Assembly (NCBI GenBank): GCA_021842405.1
Contig: JAKBZR010000005.1
Location: 2,354 to 66,353 of the forward strand
Direction: 5' to 3'
Source: a bacterium
GTDB lineage: Bacteria; Armatimonadota; Chthonomonadetes; Chthonomonadales; JAMCWF01
DNA: 64,000 nt
Part shown: piece by piece, positions 36,046-45,131 of the stretch
Numbering within the stretch: the stretch's first letter is position 1
Layout: each line of letters opens with the position of its first letter
Made by a program: the position numbers and the translations under genes
Notes under the pieces: model-generated
Told to the model about the DNA's origin: nothing
The model's input: the letters and a program-made list of their open reading frames with translations, nothing else
The model's database searches: none

Positions 36046-37320
36046 TTGGTTGAGAGGAGAGATTGGTCGCTGAGCCACGAAACAGTTGCAATCGCAATAT
36101 TTGCCCTGACCTATTTGATCATCTTGGCCGGGGAAAATTCTCCTCGTAAATTGGATCGCCCGGCTGCCGGCTTGATCGGCGCCGTCTTGATGGTGGTGAC
36201 CGGAGTCCTAACCCGCCACCAGGCGGCAGCCAGCATAGACTTGAGCGTTTTGAGTCTTTTGCTTGGCATGATGCTGTTGATCAGCTATTTCGTTCGCTCC
36301 GGTCTTATCTCCTGGATGGCCGGCCGGTTGGTAACCCTCAGCTCAAATCCGATTCAGCTTCTGTGGATAACCGTCTGGGGCGCCGGTATCCTCTCCGCGC
36401 TTTTCGTAAACGATACGATCTGCCTCCTGATGACGCCGTTGGTGATTGCAGCAGCCCGTTTTCGCCGACTCAATCCAGAGCCCTACTTGCTGGCACTGGC
36501 CACCTCCAGCAATATCGGTTCGGTGATGACTTTGACCGGTAATCCACAAAATATGCTGATTGGGCAGTCTTCCGGCTGGTCATGGCCTGGCTTTGCCCTC
36601 TTTATGATGCCGATTGGTTTGGTGTGCCTATCCATCAACGGCGGCGTGATTCAGCTTTTTTATCGCAAAGCCATTTCTCATCAACCTTTCACTCAGCATC
36701 TGGATGAATCGGTCGCAGTGGATCGCCGCCTGGCGTTGAAGGTTGTGGTGGTGGTGACTCTGCTGCTCATTGCCTTTTTGAGCGGTGCGCCGCTGGATAT
36801 CAGCGCGCTCACCGCCGCGGTCGTCATTTTTGTTTGGGCAGGAGAACCGCCTGAGAAGGCTTTCAGCGATGTGGATTGGTCATTGCTGATATTTTTTGCC
36901 GGGCTTTTCGTCGTAATGGACGGCGTTACGCGGGCCGGCAACCAATGGATCAATCACATGATGCCGCTTGTCGTCGGAGGAAATAGGGGGCGGCTGCGGC
37001 AGATCGCCGAATTTTCAGCGATCAGCACCATCGGCAGCAACCTCTTTTCCAACGTTCCATTTGTGATGCTGATGAAAACCTCGTTGACCAAGCTGCATCA
37101 TGCCTCCCTGTTTTGGCTGGCGCTAGCGGCCTCCAGCACATTCGCCGGCAATTTGACGATGATCGGCAGCGTGGCCAATATGATTGTGGCTCAGCGGGCG
37201 AAGGACGATTGTCCACTGAGTTTTTGGACATTTTTACGGGTTGGGCTTGCCACCACCCTGCTGACCGTTACCGCAAGCATCTTAATGCTGTGGATTGTGG
37301 CAAAGTGCGGTTGGGTATAA
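36046..37320 (+). CDS. ArsB/NhaD-superfamily anion permease (YbiR-like)
   Basis: 424-aa polytopic membrane protein whose N-terminus IAIFALTYLIILAGE...R resembles this permease family. The TTG start from the track has no good SD, so the start is uncertain. Confidence 0.65.
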   Translation: MVERRDWSLSHETVAIAIFALTYLIILAGENSPRKLDRPAAGLIGAVLMVVTGVLTRHQAAASIDLSVLSLLLGMMLLISYFVRSGLISWMAGRLVTLSSNPIQLLWITVWGAGILSALFVNDTICLLMTPLVIAAARFRRLNPEPYLLALATSSNIGSVMTLTGNPQNMLIGQSSGWSWPGFALFMMPIGLVCLSINGGVIQLFYRKAISHQPFTQHLDESVAVDRRLALKVVVVVTLLLIAFLSGAPLDISALTAAVVIFVWAGEPPEKAFSDVDWSLLIFFAGLFVVMDGVTRAGNQWINHMMPLVVGGNRGRLRQIAEFSAISTIGSNLFSNVPFVMLMKTSLTKLHHASLFWLALAASSTFAGNLTMIGSVANMIVAQRAKDDCPLSFWTFLRVGLATTLLTVTASILMLWIVAKCGWV

Positions 37321-37430
37321 TAGGGTAAAATTTCTTAAAATATCTCCGGAAGTTCAATATCCGATTAAAAAATTCTTTATCTATCCTTAGGATGCACCGA
37401 CTTTTTCAACAACTTCTTAGAGGTAATTCG

Positions 37431-37619
37431 ATGGTGGAACCAAAAATATCAATTAAGAACATGCGTAAAGAGCGTATTTTAAAGGAGGATGGGCGTTTTC
37501 TCTATCTTTACCACTTTGATGAGGACCTGTCGGACTATTACCTGAATCGGCCTACTCCTTCCAGCGCATCGGCTAAAGAAAAAAAGAGATCGGAATCGCA
37601 AAATACCACCGGCGAATAA
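37431..37619 (+). CDS. Small ORF corresponding to a detached N-terminal extension of GalT
   Basis: ILKEDGRFLYLYHFDE resembles the ..LADGRELIYYD.. N-terminal extension of long-form (actinobacterial/Thermus-type) GalT. It is in the same frame as galT and separated from it only by TAA plus 3 codons. Confidence 0.4.
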   Translation: MVEPKISIKNMRKERILKEDGRFLYLYHFDEDLSDYYLNRPTPSSASAKEKKRSESQNTTGE

Positions 37620-37628
37620 AAGGAGGAG

Positions 37629-38630
37629 GTGCCATTGTCCGAGCTGCGTTGGAATCCACTGCTGGAGGAATGGGTCATTACGGCAACCCATCGCCAGGAG
37701 CGAACCTTCTTTCCCCCGCGCGACTACTGTCCGCTCTGTCCCACTCGACCCGGTGCTTTTCCAACCGAAATCCCGGCGCCGGACTATCAAATCGCCGTCT
37801 TTGAGAATAAGTTTCCTTCACTGCAACGGGAGCCACCGGCCCCATCTTTGAACGATGACGATTTTTATCCGGTAAGGCCTGCCGCCGGCGTCTGCGAAGT
37901 GGTATGTTATAGCTCCAATCATGATGTCGAGCTGGCCGATCTGCCGTTGAAAAATATTGAGAATCTGATTTCGGTATGGGTTGACCGATTTGTCGAGCTG
38001 GGAGCACGCGATGATGTCTCATACATACTGATATTTGAAAATAAAGGCAAAGAGATCGGCGTTACACTCTCGCATCCGCATGGCCAAATCTACTCCTATC
38101 CGTTCATACCGCCCATCCCAGCCAAAGAGCTAGAGGCAGCGAAGCGACATCATGATAAAACCGGTCGCTGCTTGATTTGTGATATTATGGGTCGAGAGCT
38201 GGCCGACGCCAAGCGAATCGTATATGAGAACGAAGGCTTCGTCATCTATGTGCCGTTTTTCGCGCGATATCCCTATGAAACGCACTTAGTGTCCCGAAAT
38301 CACCATCCGACACTGGCATCACTTTCAAGCCGGGAACAGCATTATTTTGCTGTCGCGCTGAAGACGATCACGACCAAGTACAACCACCTCTGGGGCTTCT
38401 CGCTGCCCTATATGATGCTGATGCACCAGGCTCCTACTGATGGGAGGCACTACGAGGGAGCCCATCTGCATATCGAATTCCAACCGCCTTATCGAACGCC
38501 CGATAAGCTCAAATATCTAGCCGGCTCCGAGGCGGGTGCCGGTGTTTTCATCGTGGATACTCACGCGGAAGATACCGCTGCGACCCTGCGGAAAGCCGAA
38601 CCGCGGTCGCTGCTGCCGACCGACCCATAA
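37629..38630 (+). CDS. galT: Galactose-1-phosphate uridylyltransferase
   Basis: GTG start directly after aaggaggag. LRWNPLLEEWV, CPLCP and the HPHGQIY active-site motif are present. Confidence 0.85.
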   Translation: MPLSELRWNPLLEEWVITATHRQERTFFPPRDYCPLCPTRPGAFPTEIPAPDYQIAVFENKFPSLQREPPAPSLNDDDFYPVRPAAGVCEVVCYSSNHDVELADLPLKNIENLISVWVDRFVELGARDDVSYILIFENKGKEIGVTLSHPHGQIYSYPFIPPIPAKELEAAKRHHDKTGRCLICDIMGRELADAKRIVYENEGFVIYVPFFARYPYETHLVSRNHHPTLASLSSREQHYFAVALKTITTKYNHLWGFSLPYMMLMHQAPTDGRHYEGAHLHIEFQPPYRTPDKLKYLAGSEAGAGVFIVDTHAEDTAATLRKAEPRSLLPTDP

Positions 38631-38668
38631 CCGCATGACCCATTGCAACAAATTTGAGGGGGTGCCCC

Positions 38669-39784
38669 ATGAAGATCGTTCAGGTTGAAACCTTTTCAGT
38701 GGAGCCACGCTGGGTTTTCATAAAAATAAGCACCGACGAGGGACTTCACGGCTGGGGTGAATCGCTGGGAGACAAAGCTCCGGTCATCGCTGCAGCAGTT
38801 CACAATTATGAGGACGGATTGCTCGGGCAGGATCCGCGGCGAATACAGCATCTCTGGCAGGCGCTCTATCGGGGCGCGTTTTGGCGCGGGGGGCCGGTGC
38901 TCAACGCCGCCATCAGCGGTATCGAGATGGCGCTATGGGATATTCTCGGCAAATCGCTGGGGGCGCCGGTCTACCAGTTGCTTGGCGGCGCGGTTCGTGA
39001 TCGTATCCGCGTCTACTCCCGTCCCCATGGAAGCACTTCGACCGAGCTGGCGGAGAGCGCGCGCAATCTGGTAACTCAAGGATTTACCGCCTTTAAGCTC
39101 TGTCCATTTGATCGGGTGAAGATGGTGGACCACTACCAGGTGGTGGAAGAGGCGGTGAACCGGGTGAGCGCCATTCGTGATGCGGTAGGCTCCGGCGTTG
39201 ATATCCTGCTGGATTTTCATGGCCGGGTAACGCCGGCAATGGCCATCTGGTTGGAGGAGGCTTTACGTTCATGTCATCCGATGTTCATTGAAGAGCCGGC
39301 GCTGCCTGAAAATGTGGATGCAATGGCTAACCTGGCGCGTCAGTTTAAAACCCCGATTGCAACTGGCGAGCGCCTTTTCACCAAATGGGGCTTTCGGGAG
39401 ATACTGGAGAAGTCGGCGGCCGCCGTTTTACAGCCGGATCCCTGCATCTGCGGCGGCATCTTTGAAGCCCGCGCCATTGCGGCGATGGCCGAAGCCTACT
39501 ATGTGGCGGTCGCGCCGCACAATCCCTACGGTCCTATCAATCTGGCTGCCGCCCTTCAAATTGACGCCTGCACGCCCAATTTTCTCATCCAGGAGTACGT
39601 GCATCTCGGTGAAGGCTATCTAAAGGCGCCATTTGAGGTGACAAACGGTTACATCGAGCTGCCTAATGGGCCGGGGCTGGGTATCGAGCTGAATGAAGAT
39701 TTTCTGAAATCGCGTCCGCTCCAGCCCAAGCCGGATGTGGGGCGCTGGTTCCATGCCGACGATGGCTCGATGGCGGATTGGTAG
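38669..39784 (+). CDS. dgoD: D-galactonate dehydratase (enolase superfamily)
   Basis: MKIVQVETFSVEPRWVFIKISTDEGLHGWGE closely parallels the DgoD N-terminus. The start was moved to ATG 38669, 6 nt after gaggggg. Confidence 0.8.
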   Translation: MKIVQVETFSVEPRWVFIKISTDEGLHGWGESLGDKAPVIAAAVHNYEDGLLGQDPRRIQHLWQALYRGAFWRGGPVLNAAISGIEMALWDILGKSLGAPVYQLLGGAVRDRIRVYSRPHGSTSTELAESARNLVTQGFTAFKLCPFDRVKMVDHYQVVEEAVNRVSAIRDAVGSGVDILLDFHGRVTPAMAIWLEEALRSCHPMFIEEPALPENVDAMANLARQFKTPIATGERLFTKWGFREILEKSAAAVLQPDPCICGGIFEARAIAAMAEAYYVAVAPHNPYGPINLAAALQIDACTPNFLIQEYVHLGEGYLKAPFEVTNGYIELPNGPGLGIELNEDFLKSRPLQPKPDVGRWFHADDGSMADW

Positions 39785-39806
39785 GTCTCAATTTAAGACG
39801 ATTGGA

Positions 39807-40292
39807 TTAGTTTCGCTGAAATAGCTCCCGCCGCCGTTCCCGCTCCGTGTCGCGTTCCGCAATGTCTTTGCGACGGTCGTAAATCTTTTTGCCCTTCGCC
39901 AACCCGATCTCAAGCTTCACGAATCCTCGCTCAAAGTAGAGGGAGAGGGGAACGAGGGTCAGCCCTTTTTGCTCGGTATGGGCGCGCAGGCGGTTGATTT
40001 CCCAGCGGTGCAGCAGCAGTTTTCGGCGTCGATTCGGCTCCAGGTTGAAGCGGTTACCTTGAGGAAATGGCTGGATATACATCCCGTAAATCCAGGCTTC
40101 GTTTCCTTCGATGCGGCAGTAAGCTTCCTGCAGGCTGACCTTACTGCTTCGAATTGATTTCACCTCGGTGCCGGCCAGTGAAATCCCAACCTCATACGGC
40201 TCCAGTATCTCGTACTCATGACGCGCCCGGCGATTGGTGGCGACGAGGTGCTTTGCTCCGCGCTCGGTTGGGGTGGTAGGATGCTTGGGCAT
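39807..40292 (-). CDS. smpB: SsrA-binding protein
   Basis: ATNRRARHEYEILEPYEVGISLAGTEVKSIR...LLLHRWEI matches SmpB. The start was moved to the internal ATG at 40292. Confidence 0.9.
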   Translation of the reverse strand: MPKHPTTPTERGAKHLVATNRRARHEYEILEPYEVGISLAGTEVKSIRSSKVSLQEAYCRIEGNEAWIYGMYIQPFPQGNRFNLEPNRRRKLLLHRWEINRLRAHTEQKGLTLVPLSLYFERGFVKLEIGLAKGKKIYDRRKDIAERDTERERRRELFQRN

Positions 40293-40478
40293 GGCGAAAT
40301 TATACCCCCACCTGAACCCTATCAATTGGGGAATTCAGTGTAATGGCAGCCGAAAACGGTAAGGTCGGCTTTGTTGAGTAAGTCACCGGATTGCAAAATT
40401 AAGGTTTCGCAATCCGGATTGTAACTCGGAAGGGCTGCAGTAGCAACCTATCGAGACGCAATATCGGAGCGGTGTCGT

Positions 40479-41147
40479 TTACGCGCCGATGTGATGAATT
40501 GGGGAAGGCTTGTTCATCTTGGTATTATGCTGCTGTGCACGCGCCCGTGTCGTCGTGCGGTTGTGATCACCGCTATTGGCGGTCAGCAATCGTCGCAGCA
40601 TCTGCCGCCCGCGATGGATCCGTGAGCGAACGGTCCCGATCGAGGTACCCATCACGTTGGCGATCTCTTCATAAGACATCTGATCCACATCGCAGAAGAG
40701 AACCGCCAGTCGAAAGTCTTCCGGCAGTGATGCGAGCGCATTTTCAAGCGGCTCAGCCATACGGGTGGTTAAAAACGTCTCTTCCGGATTCGGGGTAGGA
40801 TCGGGGATATCGAGCGCCACGCCGTCTTCCTCGTTCGTTTCGCTGACCGGTTGATCCAGCGAAACCGCCTTTTGGCGCGGGCGGCGCCGCAGTCCGTCAA
40901 TGAACAGGTTCGACAAAATGCGGTAGAACCAGCTTTCGAACGGCATATCCCGATGATAGGTATGAAATGACCGATAGGCTCGCAAGTAGGCTTCCTGAAG
41001 CAGATCCTCAGCGTCGTCCCGATTTCCGGTCATTCGATAGGCCATGTTATAGGCTTTTCGTTTGGTGTTGGCTATTAGTTTCTCAAACTCCTGCTGCAAA
41101 GCCGGAGTTGATGTATTTGCGTTTAATGCGATTTGCTGAACACTCAT
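40479..41147 (-). CDS. ECF-type RNA polymerase sigma-70 family factor
   Basis: Region 2 (DAEDLLQEAYLRAYRSF) and region 4 (MSYEEIANVMGTSIGTVRSRIHRGR) are present. gggagg SD. Confidence 0.8.
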   Translation of the reverse strand: MSVQQIALNANTSTPALQQEFEKLIANTKRKAYNMAYRMTGNRDDAEDLLQEAYLRAYRSFHTYHRDMPFESWFYRILSNLFIDGLRRRPRQKAVSLDQPVSETNEEDGVALDIPDPTPNPEETFLTTRMAEPLENALASLPEDFRLAVLFCDVDQMSYEEIANVMGTSIGTVRSRIHRGRQMLRRLLTANSGDHNRTTTRARAQQHNTKMNKPSPIHHIGA

Positions 41148-41206
41148 GTCGGCCTACCTCCCTCTCTTGGCTTAGTGCGTGCATACTCCCATTAACGTAT
41201 AAGTGC

Positions 41207-41228
41207 TAGGTAGAACCAGTCCGTCCTA
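41207..41228. promoter_or_regulatory. 22-nt motif taggtagaaccagtccgtccta upstream of the sigma gene (candidate TetR operator, weaker dyad)
   Basis: 20 of 22 positions are identical to 41967-41988. It lies 60-80 nt upstream of the sigma-factor start. Confidence 0.45.
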
Positions 41229-41260
41229 TTTACATAGACGAGTGAACTGACAAAAAAGTT

Positions 41261-41881
41261 TCATTGCGTCTGCAATTGATCTGATATTGCTGTCGGTTCA
41301 TTCGACAGGAGCTGCCGGAAGACTTTGGACACGCTCAGGTACGGGGACAGGCTCTTGCTGGTCTTGGTCAATACCAGCATCCCTTGCCAGGTTGCCAGCA
41401 AAAAGAGAGCGGTATCATCCACCGGCAGATCGTCCCGAAAATCACCGGTTCCCATTCCATCTTGAAGGCATTGAGCCAGCTCTTCCTGCAACTGCCGAAA
41501 AACGTCGGCGATGCGGCATCGAAACAGGTCACTGTGCTCGCTCATCTCGACCGACAGGTTGCCGAAGGGGCATCCTCCCTTGTTTAGGACCTGAAGCTGT
41601 TCCTGCGCAATGTTGTCGAAAAAGGCAGCCAGCCGCTCTTTCGGCTGCCGATTGCCGTCCTTTAGGGTTTTGCCCAACGATCGGGAAAAATTGCAGAGCC
41701 TCTCTTCCAACACCGCAAGTCCCAGATGCTCTTTACTCTTGTAATGGTAGTAAAAATTGCTTTTTGAAACTCCGCTTGCGGAAAGCACCTCATCCAGGCT
41801 GGTTGCGCGATAGCCCTTTCGGTAGAAGAGATCGGTTGCCACTCGCAGGATTTTCTCTTTATTGCAGCAGCCATTTGCCAT
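41261..41881 (-). CDS. TetR/AcrR-family transcriptional regulator
   Basis: The HTH segment reads ILRVATDLFYRKGYRATSLDEVLSASGVSKSNFYYHYKSKEHL. The start was moved to ATG 41881, 6 nt after gaggtg. Confidence 0.8.
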   Translation of the reverse strand: MANGCCNKEKILRVATDLFYRKGYRATSLDEVLSASGVSKSNFYYHYKSKEHLGLAVLEERLCNFSRSLGKTLKDGNRQPKERLAAFFDNIAQEQLQVLNKGGCPFGNLSVEMSEHSDLFRCRIADVFRQLQEELAQCLQDGMGTGDFRDDLPVDDTALFLLATWQGMLVLTKTSKSLSPYLSVSKVFRQLLSNEPTAISDQLQTQ

Positions 41882-41966
41882 CCAACTCACCTCGCCCATC
41901 CAGATTTGTATGAGAGAGAATGAAAGACACTAAAGCCGTGACCTTCATTAACTCGCTTCACATAAT

Positions 41967-41988
41967 TAGGTAGTACCAGTCCGTACTA
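41967..41988. promoter_or_regulatory. 22-nt motif taggtagtaccagtccgtacta upstream of the tetR gene (candidate operator, perfect 7-bp dyad arms)
   Basis: GTAGTAC-cagtcc-GTACTAC. The arms are exact reverse complements. The site lies about 90-105 nt upstream of the tetR start. Confidence 0.5.
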
Positions 41989-42029
41989 CAATATTGTACC
42001 ACCCATTCCAATATTTATCAATACAAATC

Positions 42030-42234
42030 GTAAGTGTTCAGTTTTACGGGAATCATTTACGACCATATTGGATGCACCCCCACCCTAACCCTCCCCCGTA
42101 AACGGGGGAGGGGATTAAGAGGGACTGGGGGGCAAGATAAAAGCACCACCGCTAAACTCCCTCCCCCTCCCCGCTTGCTGGGAGGGCTGGGGTGGGGTCG
42201 AACGAAAATCATTCCCATAAAACTGAACTCTTAC
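42030..42234. mobile_element. MITE-like element, 205-bp type (copy 2 of 3)
   Basis: The left end gtaagtgttcagttttacgggaatcatttacg matches the inverse of the right end (gtaagagttcagttttatgggaatgattttcg). The track ORF 42034-42276 lies inside it. Confidence 0.7.
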
Positions 42235-42524
42235 TATCAATACAAATCAACCTTTTCAAAAAAATTTTCGCACTGAGTTAGTTTTTTAACAACTTCTAAG
42301 GACTCCGATTTTCACCCTTTGCTAAAAAGCCCTGCTTTAAAATGCTTCCTTGCGCCGATCACCCCCCCTCCCATCTCAAAACCGGTTCTGCCGCCTATTC
42401 AAAAGTGACAGGATTTAACCGGTTGAATGGTTAATCTATCGTTCACTGTTTCAAGCGGGCTTGCTTGGGGTTGATTTCGGCTGTTTGGCAGGCGTTAATT
42501 TGCTTTAGGAGGAGAGCAACACGC

Positions 42525-44756
42525 GTGAAGATTTTAACGATTATCACCGCCGTCATCGCCATCATGACACTGGCGGGTGATCGCTCAATCGCGGAGCCGT
42601 TGGTGGACTATGTCAATCCGTTCGTTGGCACCGCCCATGGCGGCAACACGTTTCCCGGCGCCAGCGCGCCGTTCGGGATGGTGCAGTTCAGCCCAGACAC
42701 CCGCGCGCCATCGGTAGGCTATAACTACAATGATCGTGATATTCAAGGGTTCAGCTTGACCCATATGAGTGGGGTGGGGTGCACCGATTACGGCGATGTG
42801 TTTCTAACCGCGACCACCGGGCCGGTTAAAACGGATGATGTCTCCGACTACCGGTCGAGATTCAGTCACTCCACCGAAGCGGCATCTCCCGGTTACTACC
42901 GGGTTCGACTGGATCGGTGGGGTGTTAATGTTCAGTTAACCGCAACCACCCGGGCCGGAATGGCCGAGTTTCAGTTTCCGGCTGGGGGAATGGGCAACAT
43001 CCTGGTTCCTATCAGCCATACCCTGACACGAAGCTTCGCGAGCCGAATAAAGATCGTCAACTCAACCACCATCGAAGGATCGGTTACCAGCCAGGACTTC
43101 TGCGGCGCTCCCAGCCGGTACACCGTTTACTTCGTGATGGAGTTTAATCAACCTTTTGAGCACCGGCAAGTGTGGGGGCACGGTGACGCATCGGTTACCG
43201 CCGATTCAGCGGTTCAAAACAGCAGTGGCAGCGATGTCGGGGCGGCGGTCAGTTGGAACTGCAAACGACCGAGAACGATCATCGCTCGAATCGGCATCTC
43301 ATTTGTGGATATTGCCGGCGCCCGTAAAAATCTAAGCCGCGATATCAAAACTTGGAATTTCAATCAGGTCCGTTTGGCCGCGCTCCACCGCTGGGAGAAT
43401 GCTTTGAGCGTGATTAAAGTTCGTGGCGGCGATCGCCGGACGTTGAGCATATTCTACACCAGCCTTTATCATGTGCTGCTGATGCCGAATGTCTACAGTG
43501 ACGCGGACGGTCGCTACCTCGGATACGATAACAAAATTCATCATGTGGCGCCCGGCCACGCCATCTATGCCAACTTTTCGGGCTGGGATATCTATCGAAC
43601 CGAAGTGCCGTTGTTGGCCTTGATCGAGCCGCGGCGATTGGAGGATATGTGCCAGTCCATCGCAAAGATGTATCAGTACGGCGGCTGGATCGGCCGCTGG
43701 CCGCAAGCCAACACCTACACCAACGTGATGTGCGGCAGCCCGCTTACCACCGCGATGGTTACCGCATGGACCGCGGGCTTGCACCGATTTGACATCCACA
43801 CCGCTTATCAAGGAATGTGGAAGGATGCCACCGAGCCGGCGCCTCCTGGCCATCCCTACGCGGGAGAGAGTGGAATTGCCTACCTCAATAAGCTAGGCTA
43901 TATCCCTTATAATCGGATCGGCTACGGGGCGGTTTCACAGACGGAGGAGGATTGTTATGCCTACTCGGCGCTGGCTTTGCTCTCGGCGGAACTGGGTAAT
44001 TCGACCAATGCCCGTATAATGGAGCATCGCGCGCTATTTTACCGGAACTTATTCGACCCCCAGACCGGCTTTATGCGGCCGAAGGCGGCCAACGGTTCCT
44101 GGCTAACCCCATTTAACCCGAACAGCGGCCACGGCTACGTGGAGGGTTCCGGGTGGGAGTACCTCTGGTTCGTACCGCAGGATGTAGCGGGGCTGATTCA
44201 CTTGCTGGGCGGCGATAAACCGTTCAACGCAAAGCTGGATGAGTTCTTTAATGGGCATCACTATGATCCTGGCAATGAGCCCGACCTGCAGGCGCCCTTC
44301 CTCTATGACTATTCGGGCGAGCCCTGGAAAACGCAGGCGCTCGTGCGCAATCTGATCTCCACCGCTTACCATAACAACCCAGGAGGATTGCCGGGAAATG
44401 ACGACTGCGGCACCATGTCGGCCTGGTATATCTTTTCGGCGATCGGCTTCTATCCGACCGATCCGGCCCGGGACGATTATGAGCTGGTCAGCCCGATCTT
44501 CTCTCAGGTGGAGATGAGGGTCGGATTGAACCGGCATCGAATGATCGTAACCGCTTATAATGTGTCAAAGCGAGATCAGTACATCGAAAAGGTCTCTCTA
44601 AACGGCAAGACGTGGGGTCGTCCCTGGCTTTCTCTGAAGGACATGATTAACCGGGGGCGTCTCTATTACCGGTTGGGGTCGAGCCCCAATAAATCATGGG
44701 GAGTAGCGGAAAGGGTGAGGCCGCCGTCCCTTTCAACCACCGGCCTCAAAAATTAG
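42525..44756 (+). CDS. GH92 alpha-mannosidase
   Basis: VNPFVGTAHGGNTFPGASAPFGMVQFSPDT and GNDDCGTMSAWY are GH92 hallmarks. The start was moved to GTG 42525, after aggaggagag, which gives a signal peptide. Confidence 0.85.
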   Translation: MKILTIITAVIAIMTLAGDRSIAEPLVDYVNPFVGTAHGGNTFPGASAPFGMVQFSPDTRAPSVGYNYNDRDIQGFSLTHMSGVGCTDYGDVFLTATTGPVKTDDVSDYRSRFSHSTEAASPGYYRVRLDRWGVNVQLTATTRAGMAEFQFPAGGMGNILVPISHTLTRSFASRIKIVNSTTIEGSVTSQDFCGAPSRYTVYFVMEFNQPFEHRQVWGHGDASVTADSAVQNSSGSDVGAAVSWNCKRPRTIIARIGISFVDIAGARKNLSRDIKTWNFNQVRLAALHRWENALSVIKVRGGDRRTLSIFYTSLYHVLLMPNVYSDADGRYLGYDNKIHHVAPGHAIYANFSGWDIYRTEVPLLALIEPRRLEDMCQSIAKMYQYGGWIGRWPQANTYTNVMCGSPLTTAMVTAWTAGLHRFDIHTAYQGMWKDATEPAPPGHPYAGESGIAYLNKLGYIPYNRIGYGAVSQTEEDCYAYSALALLSAELGNSTNARIMEHRALFYRNLFDPQTGFMRPKAANGSWLTPFNPNSGHGYVEGSGWEYLWFVPQDVAGLIHLLGGDKPFNAKLDEFFNGHHYDPGNEPDLQAPFLYDYSGEPWKTQALVRNLISTAYHNNPGGLPGNDDCGTMSAWYIFSAIGFYPTDPARDDYELVSPIFSQVEMRVGLNRHRMIVTAYNVSKRDQYIEKVSLNGKTWGRPWLSLKDMINRGRLYYRLGSSPNKSWGVAERVRPPSLSTTGLKN

Positions 44757-44780
44757 CGAAGGGTGAGGTATTGTTAAGTG

Positions 44781-44937
44781 GTTGTTGAAAAGGTCGTTAA
44801 AGCCTGCCGTTTCGTCATTCCCGCATGGCTCCACTCCAGTGGAGTGGATGGCGGGAATCCATCCCTCCGTCTAACGGCAGGCAATTATGGAGATGTTCTG
44901 GATCCCAGGTTCCGCATTGCGGCCCTGAAATGATGCA
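44781..44937. repeat. GC-rich palindromic intergenic repeat, family B
   Basis: gttgttgaaaaggtcgttaaagcc...tcgtcattcccgc...ggcgggaatcc...ggatcccaggttccgc are modules shared with 6211-6360 and 12954-13145. Confidence 0.55.
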
Positions 44938-45131
44938 CGAGTGGGAGTTACCGTATTTATCTGCACCTTCGTGAAAAGGCGAACGGCCTTTAGTCTTCGA
45001 GCACCAGTGAAAGGATGCCTTTTTGGGGGCACGTCATGCCGTGTCCCTGAGTTCTAAAAAAGAAAATTCATTCAGCAACAACCCATTTTTTATTGGATGT
45101 TCACCGATCAGTAGTGTTTTCAATCGCTTCG

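Noticed and set aside
40326-40478. Searched beside smpB for tmRNA (ssrA), and window-wide for tRNAs.
   Set aside because: I saw no GGGGCUGA-type 5' end, no T-loop GGTTCGAATCC-like sequence and no acceptor-stem pairing. Only a 13-bp imperfect hairpin lies here (ccggattgcaaaa/tttcgcaatccgg, about 40388-40419). It may be the sigma-gene terminator.
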